NCBI GenBank assembly: GCA_026770705.1
Contig: JANJGN010000014.1
Location: forward strand, 68,696,001 to 68,760,000
Direction of reading: 5' to 3'
Length of the DNA: 64,000 nucleotides
From: Isurus oxyrinchus
Lineage: Eukaryota
Shown here: positions 38,001-51,259 of the stretch, piece by piece
Layout of the letters: each line of letters begins with the position of its first letter
Position numbering within the stretch: position 1 is the stretch's first letter
Translations under genes and position numbers: made by a program
Notes under the pieces: generated by a model
The model's input: only the letters and a program-made list of their open reading frames with translations
What the model was told of the DNA's origin: nothing
Database searches by the model: none

Positions 38001-41000
38001 GGGTTAACTGAAGATGCAAAATATGAATTTAGAGCAATTGCAAGAAATGCAGCTGGTATTTTCAGTGAACCATCTGAAAGCACTGGACCAATTACAGCAA
38101 GAGATGAAATTGAAGCTCCGAGAGCTTCCATGGACCCTAAGTACAAAGATGTAATTGTTGTAAATGCAGGGGACAGCTTTGTACTTGAGGCTGACATCCA
38201 TGGTAAACCTGTACCTGATGTAACATGGATCAAAGATGGCAAAGATATTGAAGCAAATGTTGCTAGAATGGAAACTAAAACTACCATTCATAAAACTAGT
38301 CTGGCTGTCAAGGATTGCATACGAATTGATGGAGGACACTATGTACTTAAGCTCAGTAATGTAGGTGGAACAAAATCTATTCCAATAACTGTTAAGATCC
38401 TTGATAGGCCTGGTCCTCCTGATGGTGTTTTGACAGTTTCTGGTGTAACTGCAGAGAAGTGCTACTTGGCTTGGAACCCTCCTTCTCATGATGGCGGTGC
38501 CAATATTTCCCATTACATAATAGAAAAGAGAGAAACTTCCCGACTTTCATGGACACAAGTAGCAACTGATGTACAAGCTATTAGTCACAAAGTAACCAAA
38601 CTTCTTTCAGGTAATGAGTATATATTCCGTGTCATGGCAGTAAATAAATATGGAATTGGTGAACCACTGGAATCTGATCCAATTGTGGCTAAGAACCCAT
38701 TCCATACACCAAGTGCACCAACAGTGCCTGAGGTTACAACTATTACTAAAGATTCTATGGTTGTGACATGGGGGCACCCTGTGGATGATGGTGGAACTGA
38801 AATTGAAGGTTATATACTGGAGAAACGAGACAAAGATGGAATCAGGTGGACCAAGTGCAATAAAAAGAGGCTGAGTGATTTAAGGTTTAGAGCTACTGGT
38901 TTAACAGAAGGTCACTTCTATGAATTCCGTGTATCTGCTGAAAATGCTGCAGGTGTAGGTGATCCAAGTGAGCCATCCACTTTCTACAGAGCTTGTGATG
39001 TAGTATATGTTCCTGGTCCTCCAAGCAATCCAAAGGTGGCAGACACAACAAGATCCACAGTAGCCCTCATATGGGGCAAGCCAATTTATGACGGAGGAGC
39101 TACAATTAAGGGTTATACTGTAGAGGTGAAAGAGATAAATACTGATAACTGGATCACATGCACACCTCCAACAGGTGTGCAATCAACACATTTCACAGTA
39201 GAAGACTTGAAAGAGAACACTGAATACAACGTTCGCATCTGTGCTATTAATTCAGAAGGAGTTGGAGAACCTGCCAATGTTTCTGGGACAGTAATTGCAG
39301 CTGATAAACTTGAGCCACCAGAAATTGAGTTAGATGCTAATCTCAGGAAGATTGTGTCTGTACATGCTGGTGGTACTTTGAGGTTATTTGTTCCCATTAA
39401 AGGCAGACCAGAGCCGGAAGTAAAATGGGAAAAAGCTGAAGGTGCTCTAAGTGAACGAGCCCAGATTGAAGTTACAAGCTCTTACACCATGCTGGTTATT
39501 GATAATGTTAACAGATTTCATAGTGGCAAGTATAATTTGACTTTGGAAAATAACAGCGGTGTTAAATCTGCTTTTGTTAATGTCAGAGTACTTGATTCAC
39601 CAAGTGCTCCTATGAACCTACACATAAAAGAAGTGAAGAAAGATTCAGTGACTATATCATGGGAGCCACCCCTTATTGATGGTGGGGCAAAGATCACCAA
39701 TTACATTATTGAAAAACGTGAATCTACCAGAAAGGCTTATGCTGCTGTTACCAACAATTGTACTAAAAACACATTCAAAATTGAATCTCTTCAAGAAGGT
39801 GGTATTTATTTCTTCCGTGTAATGGCAGTTAATGAGTATGGAATAGGCTTGCCAGCAGAGTCTGCTGAACCCATTAAAGCATCTGAGGTACCCTTACCTC
39901 CTGGCAAAGTGACATTGGTAGATATAACACGAAATAGTGCAACACTTAACTGGGAGAAACCTGAGCATGATGGAGGTAGCAAAATAACTTCCTACATTGT
40001 CCAAATGCAGACAAAAGGAAGTGAAAAATGGATTTCATGTGCCCAAGTGAAAACATTAGCAACAACAGTGAAAGGACTAACCACCGGTGAGGAATACACC
40101 TTTAGTGTAATAGCTGTGAATGAGAAAGGAAAGAGTGACCCAAGACAGTTGGGAGTACCAGTGGTTGCAAAAGATGTTGAAATTGAGCCATCAGTTGAGC
40201 TGCTTTTCAACAGTTTTAGTATAAAGGCTGGTGATGACCTCAAGATTGACATACCATTTAGAGGAAGACCTTTGCCAACTGTGACATGGAAGAAAAATGG
40301 AGAGCCTTTGAAACAGACAACACGAATAAATGTTCAGACATCAAATACATCAACACTTCTTACCATCAAGGAAGCCTTAAAGGAAGATATTGGAAAATAT
40401 GAAGTAACTTTTTCTAATAGTACGGGATCAAAAACTGTCTTAATTACCGTAATTGTTCTTGACAAACCTGGACCGCCTAGTTCTATTCATATTGATGAAG
40501 TCAGTTCTGATTATATAACTATATCTTGGAAGCCACCAGAGTATGATGGTGGTTGCCAAATTAACAATTATATTGTTGAAAAGAGAGATACCACTACAAC
40601 TGCATGGGAAACTGTTTCTGCTGCTGTAGCAAGAACATCAATTAAAGTCATAAATCTTACAGCAAAATGCGAATACCAATTCCGTGTTTATGCAGAAAAC
40701 CGATATGGCAAGAGTCACTATATTGACTCTCCCGCTGTTGTTGCAGAGTATCCATTTAAACCACCTGGTCCTCCTTCAACTCCTATTGTTGCACATGCTA
40801 CCAAAGGTTATATGATTGTAAAATGGAATGAACCAGTTGTTGATGGAGGTTCCAAAATTGTTGGCTACCACCTTGAATGCAAAGAAAGAAGCAGTATCTT
40901 GTGGACAAAGATGAATCGAGGTCCTATAACTGACACAAAAATGAAAGTAACTGGCCTTGAAGAAGGTCTGGCATATGAGTATCGTGTGTATGCTGAGAAC

Positions 41001-43119
41001 ATTGCTGGTATTGGTAAACACAGTAAGGTTTCTGAACCTGTTGCAGCAAGGGACCCCTGTGATCCTCCAGGTCAACCTGAAGTAACATATATTACAAGAA
41101 CATCTGTTTCATTATCTTGGACCAAGCCAGAATATGATGGTGGTGCTAAAGTTACTGGTTATGTTATTGAATCTAGGGAGCTACCTGATGGACGCTGGCT
41201 TAAGTGTAATTTTACTAATGTCCAAGAAACATATTTTGATGTTACTGGTCTTAGTGAAGATCAGCGTTATGAGTTCCACATTATTGCAAAGAATGCTGCA
41301 GGGTTATTCAGTGAACCATCCGAGTCAACAGGGCCCATTACTGTTAAGGATGATATGGAAGCCCCAAGAATTATGATGGATGCTAAATTTAGAGAGGTTA
41401 TTATTAAGGCAGGTGAGACTGTCAAGGTTAATGCAGATATTGCAGGTCGTCCTCTTCCAGTGATATCGTGGACAAAGGATGGTAAAGAGCTTGAAGGACA
41501 AGCTAGAGTTGAAATCCAATCAACTGACAACAGCACAGCAATTGTCATTAAGGACTGCATTAGGCGAGACTCAGGACAATATATTGTGACATTGCAGAAT
41601 GTTGCAGGAACAAGATCCCTGGCAGTTAACTGCAAGGTACTAGATAGACCAGGCCCACCTGCTGGTCCTTTGGAAATAGCTGGCCGTACAGCTGAAAAGT
41701 GTTCACTGTCGTGGGCACCTCCTCAAGAAAATGGAGGAGCAGAAATTGATTACTATACTGTAGAAAAGCGTGAAACAAGTCGGCTTGCTTGGACTTGTGT
41801 AACAGAAAACTTACCAACAACATCCTGTAAAGTAACTAAACTGCTGAAAGGCAATGAGTATGTTTTCAGAGTGATGGGAGTGAATAAGTATGGAGTTGGT
41901 GAAGCGTTAGAGAGTGAACCTATAAAAGCCATTGATCCGTTCACAATTCCTGATGCACCAAAATCAATAGAAATAACCAATGTCACAAAGAATACCATGA
42001 CTATCTGCTGGGAAAGACCTGACAGTGATGGTGGAAATCCAATTGCAGGATATATAATTGAGAAGCGAGAAAAGAATGGTTTACGTTGGGTTCGAGTTAC
42101 TAAGAAACCTGTGTATGATCTAAGAGTAAAAGCAACAGGGCTTCGTGAAGGTGCTGATTATGAATATCGTGTACATGCAGAAAATGCTGCTGGTGTTGGT
42201 CCTCCAAGTGAACCATCAGCATTGGTTCGTGCAGAAGATCCAATTTTCATACCTTCTCCTCCATCCAAACCAAAAATTATTGATTCAACAAAGACAAGCA
42301 TTACTGTCGGCTGGGCAAAGCCACTGTTTGATGGTGGAACACCTGTCACTGGATACAATGTAGAATATAAAAAGTCTGAAGACACTGAATGGACAACTGC
42401 AGTTCAGAATTTGAGAGGCACAGAATACACAGTACTTGGACTTACATCTGGAATAGAGTATGTTTTCTGTGTACGATCAATTAACAAAGTTGGTGTTAGC
42501 GAACCAAGTGAAATATCTGACCCACAGTTTGCAAAAGAAAGAGAAGAGGAACCTGCATTTGATGTTGATAATGACATGCGCAAAACTTTAATTGTCAAGG
42601 CTGGAAGTTCCTTTACATTGCCTGTGCCTTTTAGAGGAAAACCAACACCCAATGTTATGTGGAGCAAACCTGATGTAGACCTCCGTGTAAGAGGAAGTGT
42701 TGATACTACTGATTCAAGCACCTCCTTAACAATAGAAAAAGCAACAAGGAATGACTGTGGTAAATACACAGTAACATTGCAGAATGTCTTAGCTACTGCC
42801 ACACTAACACTAGTTGTCAAGGTTCTGGATTCACCTGGACCTCCTGGCACTATTATTATAAAAGAAGTTACCAAGGAATCTGTACTGCTGGCCTGGGATG
42901 TACCAGAAAATGAAGGTGGTGCTCTGGTGAAGAATTACCATATTGAAAAACGTGAAGCTAGTAAGAAGGCGTGGGTCACCATAACAAGCAACTGTCAACG
43001 TCTTACTTACAAAGCTACCAACTTACAAGAAGGTGCCATTTACTACTTCCGTGTCCGGGGTGAAAATGAGTTTGGTGTTGGTGTACCTGTTGAGAGCAAG
43101 GAGGGCGTTAAAGTGACAG
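26014..43119 (+). CDS. ttn: ttn giant exon w23 (17,106 bp): last Fn3 of C2, C3-C7, first Ig-Fn3 of C8
   Basis: tacag| at 26013 and |gtaatt at 43120; uninterrupted 5709-aa ORF. Confidence 0.97.
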
Positions 43120-44554
43120 GTAATTTATCAATTTCTTACAATCTTTTGAACATTTTCATAATTAGCTATTGAACTATAATACCTAGCTATGGAGCATAAC
43201 CACATTGCATTGATGTTCTCCATATTACATCACAGAATTAGTAATAGAACTGTTGCATAATTTCCTAAAGGCCATGAGTTCATAAGTTCAGCCCATGCTT
43301 TTGTATGGTAATAAAGAGAAATATTCTCAAAATATGGAAATGATTGGCCTGGACAGCTTTCAAATACTATCTGAATTTTTTTTATAGTACATAAGGTACA
43401 TATAGTACATGAACCATCTACCACTTTATAGCGGAATAGTTTATGCCATGGGAAAAACAAACTGTGAAAATTTCTTACAAATAAATATGGCTTAGCACAT
43501 TTATTACAGTGACACAACAAGACAGAAATTTGTTGGTGCCTACAACATGCACACAAACTGGGAGCCTGAGACAGCCTCAAAATTAGAACTAAGAATTCAG
43601 TAATTGGGTGGCCTGCCAGCACTTGTCAGACTCTACAGGCGGTTCACTAATCTGAAGAAAATGGATGCTGGACTACTTTAATACTGGCAGCAGCCTGTGG
43701 GCAAATTCTGGGAAGGAAGAGGGTCAGAAGCACAGGGTGGACATTGTGATGGAGATGGGAGTGGTTAGAGGTGTGATTAAGATACTATGGAAGTAGAGGA
43801 GCACTCTTTTTCTTCTTGACTCCACAGCAATGTCATATCCAATTCATGTTTTAAACACTGTTGGCATTCAGTCGTTGCTAGGCACCAGTGGCTGCTGAAT
43901 AATCAGGGGTGGAACAATTCTGGAACTGGTTCTCTTGTGTGATATCAAATTTTCCAGTGGAAGCTTGGTCCAGCAATTAATAAACCTTATTTACATTTGC
44001 CAGGGGCCTAATGTGATTTCTGACTGCTGCTAGGGATGCTTGAAATGAGGTCTAACCCAGTATAGTGTTGGACGTCTTGCAGACATGGAATTAAAATGGG
44101 GACAGTGAGGTCCAATTTGTGCCCCATGTTTAGGACATAGATTCTCCCTTCTCATTCCTGATATAATTTACTCTCAGTCTTTACTTGTTCATTTGGTGAT
44201 GTCAAGTGAATGTGGGGTGCAACCAAAAAGGAGAAAGCATATATTTGAAAGTTGGTCAACCAGTTTTGTAGTTTGTAGAAGTATAAGAATATCAGACACC
44301 GAAGAACAAGTTTTCTGTTTGTACCCTGAAATTGGGCATATTTCATGGTTTGGAAAAATTAGGAAGGAAACCAAAGGAAATAACATACAAAATAAAAATT
44401 AGAAAATTAAAATGGTCTAAGTATTCTACTTGTAAATTAGAACATTAAATTAAACAAATTGAATTTGCCTCTTAATTGAGGCAAAGTATGATAAAATCTG
44501 GAAATTGCATCTGACATTGAACAGAACAAAAAGTAACACATTTATTTTTTTCAG

Positions 44555-44851
44555 AAAAACCAAGTATGCCTGAACGACTTGGAGTTATAAATGTCACCAA
44601 AGACAGTGTTTCACTTGCTTGGTTGAAACCAGAACATGATGGAGGCAGTAGGATCACAAGCTACCTCATTGAAGCCCTTGAGAAAGGCCACCAAAAGTGG
44701 GTTAAATGTGCAGTTGTGAAGACCACACACCACGTCATACATGGTTTGAAAGAAAATGTTGACTATTTCTTCAGAGTATCTGCTGAAAATCAAGCTGGCC
44801 TAAGTGATCCAAAAGAAATGCTTCTACCAGTAACAGTTAAAGAACAACTTG
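44555..44851 (+). CDS. ttn: ttn exon w24: Fn3
   Basis: ttcag| ... |gtaatt. Confidence 0.93.
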
Positions 44852-45012
44852 GTAATTATTATTTATATTATAGTAATGACATTTTGTTAGATGAACAGCT
44901 ATAATTTATGTGATTACTCGAAACCGAAAAAAGCCTTTTCCTTTTTAGTAGCATTTTGAGCTTTATGCTTTATTCAGTAAACCAAAATTGATATTTTTAA
45001 ATTTATTTTCAG

Positions 45013-45600
45013 AGTCACCTGAAATTGACATGAAGAGCTTTCCACACAATACTGTATATGTTAGAGCTGGATCCAACCTAAAATTTGAAATCCCAATATC
45101 GGGCAAGCCACAACCAAAAGTATCTTGGTCCAAAGATGGCGTAAGTGTGAAGTCAACCATGAGATTTAACACTGAAATGACTTCAGAAAGCATGATTGTG
45201 AACCTGAAAGAAAGTGTTGCTGGTGACGCTGGTCTATATGACATTACTGCTGCCAACTCCAGTGGAACAACGAAATCATTTGTTAATATTGTAGTGCTTG
45301 ACAGACCTGGACCTCCAGTGGGCCCTGTAAATATTAGTGATGTTACTGAAGATTGTGTAACACTGAGATGGCAACCACCACCTTATGATGGTGGCAGTCA
45401 GGTAACAAATTACATTGTTTTGAAAAGAGAAACAAGCACTGCTGCTTGGTCAGAAGTGTCTTCTACTGCAGCAAGAAGTATAATCAAAGTTATGAAGCTG
45501 ACTACTGGAGAGGAATACCAGTTCCGCATCAAAGCTGAAAATCGCTTTGGAATCAGCGACCATATTGACTCCAAATGTGTTATAGTCAAATTGCCATACA
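45013..45600 (+). CDS. ttn: ttn exon w25: Ig-Fn3
   Basis: ttcag| ... |gtaagt. Confidence 0.93.
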
Positions 45601-45711
45601 GTAAGTAACTTATTGAGCAATAACATGAAATTACGCATAGCAAAGAATATCATGATTATTGTTCATTTTATCTATTCACATAATTAATTGTATATCAATT
45701 GTATTTTCCAG

Positions 45712-46014
45712 CAACACCTGGACCTCCATCAACCCCATGGGTAACTAATGTCACCAGAGAGAGTATAACTGTGGGCTGGAATGAGCCAGTTTCTGATGGT
45801 GGAAACCAAGTGATTGGATATCATGTAGAAATGAAAGACAGGAACAGCATTTTATGGCAGAAAGTTAACAAGACCATTATCCGTACAACACACTTGAAGG
45901 TCACAAATATCAGTGGTGGACTTATCTATGAATTCCGTGTATATGCAGAAAATGCTGCAGGCATTGGCAAAGTCAGCCATCCTTCTGATCAGGTTCTTGC
46001 AATTGATCCTTGCG
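45712..46014 (+). CDS. ttn: ttn exon w26: Fn3
   Basis: tccag| ... |gtatgt. Confidence 0.93.
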
Positions 46015-46144
46015 GTATGTATTCACCTAAATTGTCCTTGATTTCTTTTTAATCAAATGTAGAATTGCATTATTGCTCAGATTAAGTCAATACGTTTGCA
46101 TGTATGATCGAATAATTACATTTCAATGCATTTTCCTTTCCCAG

Positions 46145-46441
46145 AAATTCCAACAAACCTACATGTAACAGATATTACAAAGACCTCTGTGTGCCTCAGT
46201 TGGCAAAAACCAGCTTATGATGGTGGAAGCAAAATTACTGGCTATATTGTTGAAAAACGTGATTTGCCAAATGGGAGGTGGACAAAGGCCAGCTTTACAA
46301 ATGTCATTGAGACTCAGTTTAGTGTCTCCGGTTTGACTCAAGATGCGCAGTATGAATTCCGTGTATTTGCAAAGAATGCAATTGGTTCAATAAGCAATCC
46401 ATCTGAAGTTGTTGGACCTGTAACATGCCATGATACCTATG
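46145..46441 (+). CDS. ttn: ttn exon w27: Fn3
   Basis: cccag| ... |gtaact. Confidence 0.93.
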
Positions 46442-46541
46442 GTAACTATTTCTTCCTGACAATAATATATCTACATATGAAGAATTATGTTTTGTGATTA
46501 ACACTTCTATTGATATCACTATCATTAATTTTGATTCATAG

Positions 46542-46829
46542 GTGCACCTCAGGTTGACTTGCCAATGGAGTACATGGATATAGTCAAATTTAAAGCTGAT
46601 TCAGCCATAAAGCTTAAAGTTGGAATCTCTGGCAAGCCTCTGCCTTCCATTGACTGGTACAAAAATGGTAAAGAACTTGAGACAAGTTCTCAAGTCTTTT
46701 TGGAAAGCACAACTGACTCTGCAGCAGTAATAATTAAGGATGCCAGTCGGATCAACAGTGGAAGCTATGAAATCAAGCTTAAAAATCCCTTGGGCTCAGC
46801 ATCAGGAACAATCAGACTACTGGTACTCG
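46542..46829 (+). CDS. ttn: ttn exon w28: Ig
   Basis: catag| ... |gtatgt. Confidence 0.92.
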
Positions 46830-46924
46830 GTATGTAGATGTATTGTGTGCTGATAAATTGAAGGCTTTTTTTCCCAACTGTACATTTTTCAGAAATTACT
46901 TGACATATTTCCTTTGTTTCATAG

Positions 46925-47224
46925 ACAAACCTGGACCCCCAGCTGGGCCTATAGAATTCAAAACTGTTACAGCTGAGAAGATCACAATTATGTGGGCTGC
47001 TCCAACAGATGATGGTGGTGCACCGGTCACCCACTACATTGTTGAAAAACGTGAGACAAGTCGAGTTGTATGGTCTCTCATTTCAGAAAAGTTGGAACAT
47101 TCCATCATTACAATACGAAATATCATTAAAGGCAATGAATATGTGTTCCGTGTTCGAGGTGTCAACAAGTATGGTGTTGGTGATCCACTAGAATCTGATG
47201 CTGTCATTGCTAAGAATGCATTTG
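46925..47224 (+). CDS. ttn: ttn exon w29: Fn3
   Basis: catag| ... |gtaaga. Confidence 0.93.
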
Positions 47225-47308
47225 GTAAGATAACAACACCATTTTTTCATTGAATGCTCTTCTTCATTGCCACATAAAGGTTAATTTTGAGACTTCTCTT
47301 TTCAATAG

Positions 47309-47611
47309 TTACACCTGGTCAGCCAACCAGGCCTGATGCTGTCAAGATAACGAAAGAGACAATGACTGTCACTTGGAAGAGGCCCACTGTTGATGGTGGC
47401 AGTGAAATCAGTGGCTATATTTTGGAAAGACGTGAGAAAAAGAGTCTGCGATGGTTTAAGGTCCTTAAGGAATCTACTCGTGACACAAGGCAAAAGGTTT
47501 CTGGCCTTACAGAAGGAAATGAGTATCAGTACCGTGTGTGTGCACTTAATGCAGCAGGAGCAGGCCCATTCTCCGATTCTTCTGATTTCTATAAAGCTGC
47601 TGATCCAATTG
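47309..47611 (+). CDS. ttn: ttn exon w30: Fn3
   Basis: aatag| ... |gtatgt. Confidence 0.93.
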
Positions 47612-47715
47612 GTATGTAAAAGTAATATGAAACATATTGAAAATTTGTAAATATTAAGTAATTGGCAGCAATGCTTTACATGTTCATATATTCAAATATT
47701 CATTTTATTTTGCAG

Positions 47716-48021
47716 ATCAACCTGGCCAACCAACTAAACTGAAGATTGTGGACAGTACTAAATCTTCTATCACTCTTGGCTGGACCAAACCTGTCTACGA
47801 TGGAGGAAGCGTAATTACAAGCTACATAGTCGAAATGAGGGAAGCTGATGAAGAGCAGTGGACAGTAGTTACTACTAAGGGTGAAGTCAGAACCACAGAA
47901 TATGTTGTGTCCCATTTAAAACATGGTGTAAACTACTACTTCCGTGTCAGTGCTGTTAATATTGCTGGGCATGGAGAACCAATTGAAATGGCAGAACCTG
48001 TACAGGCTAAAGACATACTTG
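47716..48021 (+). CDS. ttn: ttn exon w31: Fn3 (end of C8)
   Basis: tgcag| ... |gtaagt. Confidence 0.93.
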
Positions 48022-48054
48022 GTAAGTCTATGATATTTAGAATGCATTGAACAT

Positions 48055-48057
48055 CTA

Positions 48058-48088
<31 letters not shown>
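48055..48088. repeat. (TA)n microsatellite in a short intron
   Basis: ctatctatatatatatatatatatatatatatat. Confidence 0.95.
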
Positions 48089-48090
<2 letters not shown>

Positions 48091-48148
48091 TATATACAGT
48101 ACATACATAAAGAATATTTCCTAATATATGAACATTTATATTCTGCAG

Positions 48149-49915
48149 AAGAGCCAGAGATCGATCTTGATGTTGCACTTAGAACTTCTATAACAGTGAA
48201 AACAGGTGAAGATGTAGAAATTATGATACCTTTCAAAGGCCGCCCTACTCCAAATGTCACCTGGAGAAAGGGTGAGAAAAATATAAATGCTGATGAAAGA
48301 TATGTCATCCATAGTACCGAATCATCTACAGTTCTCACTATTCCTGAGGTCAGCCGTGAAGATACCAGCAAGTATATTTTGACAATTGAAAATGGTGTTG
48401 GAGAACCCAAATCAACATTTGTAAATGTAAAAGTCCTTGATTCTCCTGGACCTTGTCAGAAATTACATATTAAACATGTAACCAGAAGCACTGTCACATT
48501 AGTTTGGGAGCCACCTCTTATTAATGGTGGTGCTGAAATTACCAATTATGTCATTGAAAAGAGAGATGCAACAAAGAGAGCCTGGTCAAGTGTCACAACT
48601 AAATGTTCCAGCACAATATTCAAGATTACCAACTTGTCAGAAAAGAGCTCATTCTTTTTCCGAGTACTAGCAGAGAATGAAAATGGATTGGGTGAGCCAT
48701 GTGAGACTTCAGAGGCAGTGAAAGCCACTGAAGTACCAGGACCAATCAAAGATCTTGCGATGAAAGACTCAACAAAATCTTCTGTTGTGTTGGAATGGAA
48801 CAAACCTGACTATGATGGAGGTAGTATAATTACAGAATACCTAATTGAAAAGAAATTAAAAGAAGAACAAGAATGGTCACATGCTGGAACTTGCAAGGTC
48901 TGTACATTTGAAATTACCAAATTAAAGGAATTAGCAGAAATGGAATTCCAGGTGTTTGCTAAAAATGAAAAGGGATTAAGTGATGGTGTTATTAGTGGAC
49001 ATATCACTGTGAAAGATTATGTCATTACACCTGAAGCAGACTTATCTGACATACCAGGAGGACAAATTAGCGTAAGAATTGGACACAACGTACACGTTGA
49101 ACTGCCCTACAAGGGTAAACCACGACCAAGTATCAAGTGGCAGAAAGACAACATTCTGTTAAAAGAAAGTGAACAAATCCGGTACAAGAAAACAGAAAGC
49201 AAAGCCAGTTTAAGTATTAAAAATATCAAGAAAGAACATGGTGGGAAGTACACCTTAATCCTTGATAATGCAATTTCCAGAAAGTCATACAGCTTCACTA
49301 TAATTACGCTAGGTCCTCCATCAAAGCCTAAAGGACCAATTAGATTTGATGAAATCAGATCTGAAAGTGTCATAATATCATGGGATGCTCCTGAAGATGA
49401 TGGAGGAAGTGAGATTACTTCTTACAGTGTTGAAAAACGTGAAACTTCGCAAACCAATTGGAAACTGGTTTGTTCTAGTGTGGCCAGAAAAACCTTAAAG
49501 GTCACCAAACTGATTAAAGATTTAGAGTATCAATTTAGAATTTGTGCTGAAAATAGATATGGAGTAAGTCAGCCACTTATGTCAATGGCTGTTGTGGCAA
49601 AACATCAATTCAGGCTTCCTGGACCACCTGGAAAACCTGTTGTATACAATATTACCTGTGATGGTATGACAATCTCATGGGATGCACCAGTATATGATGG
49701 AGGTTCAGAAGTCACTGGTTATCATGTTGAGAAGAAAGAAAGAAACAGCATCTTATGGCAAAAAGCCAATACAATGCCAATTCCTGGCAGAGATTACAGA
49801 ATTTTAGGACTTCTTGAGGGCCTGGACTATCAGTTCCGAGTTTATTCTGAAAACAGTGTTGGATTGAGCCCCGTCAGTGAGCCAAGCAAATTCACTTTGG
49901 CTGTCTCACCGGTTG
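48149..49915 (+). CDS. ttn: ttn exon w32 (1767 bp): Ig-Fn3-Fn3-Ig-Fn3-Fn3 (start of C9)
   Basis: tgcag| ... |gtaagt; ORF 48196..49923. Confidence 0.95.
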
Positions 49916-50020
49916 GTAAGTAACTTATTCCTGAAAAGTATAATACTGAAGTCATCTTTGTGTTTACTTCTATTTCCATCAAAGCATAAAAGCTAATATT
50001 GACTATCCTAACTTCATCAG

Positions 50021-50314
50021 ATCCACCTGGTATGCCAGATTATATTGATGTGACAAGAGAAACTGTAACACTTAAGTGGGACCCACCACAACATGATGGT
50101 GGAAGCAAGATTGTGGCTTACAGTGTTGAAAAGCGACAAGGAGGTGGGCGTTGGCTGCGATGCAACTTTATTGATATTACTGAATGCCAATATACAGTAT
50201 CAGGTCTTAGTCCTGGTGATCGTTATGAATTCCGTATAATTGCTAGGAATGCAGTTGGAACAGTCAGTCCACCTTCTCAATCATCAGGAAACATCATGAC
50301 AAGAGATGAAAGCA
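50021..50314 (+). CDS. ttn: ttn exon w33: Fn3
   Basis: atcag| ... |gtaagt. Confidence 0.93.
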
Positions 50315-50419
50315 GTAAGTACCAAAAAAAAGAAGCTAACTATGTATATGTGGTATTGTAGATAATTATTATTTCTTTGAAGTTTTAACTTAGTAATTAC
50401 TCGATACTTTCTTTTACAG

Positions 50420-50707
50420 TTCCACCATCAATTGAATTTGGTGCTGAACACTTTGAAGGCATGACTGTAAAAGCTGGTGAGAGTATTCGGCTCAAGGTGC
50501 ACATTAAAGGCCGTCCCTTGCCACAGGTTACCTGGTATAAAGATGGAAAGGAAATTGACAAGAAATTGATGTTAGATATCACAAATGTTATTGGGTCTAG
50601 TTCTGTCTTTGTTAGAGACAGCAATCGAGATCATCGCGGTATATATACTGTGGAAGCCAAGAATGCTTCAGGCACCAAGACAGCTGATATTCATGTCAGA
50701 GTTCAAG
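50420..50707 (+). CDS. ttn: ttn exon w34: Ig
   Basis: tacag| ... |gtattt. Confidence 0.92.
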
Positions 50708-50840
50708 GTATTTGGAGGAAATTAATAGCTCACAAACCTATTTTAATTTTTCAATTCCTTGTTTACTTTTCTCATTAGTATGATTATTTTAGTTCTTGTT
50801 ACATCACTTGCATGTCCCTAACAGTTCTAATTTTATTTAG

Positions 50841-51140
50841 ATACTCCTGGACCACCAGTTGGACCTGTTCGATTTACCAACGTTACTGGCGAGAAACTTA
50901 CGTTGTGGTGGATTCCTCCAGAAAATGATGGCTGTGCTGTTGTTAGTCATTATGTGATTGAGAAACGAGAGACCAGTCGACTTGCATGGGCTTTAGTCAG
51001 TGATACATGTGAAGCCTGCTCATACACTGTCACCAAACTGATTAAGGGAAATGAGTACCAGTTCCGTATCTCAGCTGCCAATAAATTTGGTACTGGCAGA
51101 CCAATAGATTCAGAGCCAGTTATTGCACAGATACCATACA
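50841..51140 (+). CDS. ttn: ttn exon w35: Fn3
   Basis: tttag| ... |gtacgt. Confidence 0.92.
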
Positions 51141-51259
51141 GTACGTGTGTTTGACAATTTACAATTTATAGTTAAGAATTTGCCCTATATTTTTGTCAGA
51201 ATTTTACTGGTTCTAATTTGTCATTTAGTCCTAATAGATAACTGTTTTTTGTTTCACAG

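Noticed and set aside
26216-42874. Dozens of minus-strand ORFs (60-190 aa) over titin exons
   Set aside because: Antisense shadows of a biased coding strand; they recur with the domain periodicity and have no recognisable motifs
26014-43119. Periodic repeats as a CRISPR-like array or assembly-generated duplication
   Set aside because: Repeats are diverged protein-domain super-repeats with abundant synonymous differences; no identical repeat-spacer structure
43510-44150. Possible further decayed TIR element after the giant exon
   Set aside because: Only a weak TIR-like end (..agattctccc); no matching partner or TSD could be supported
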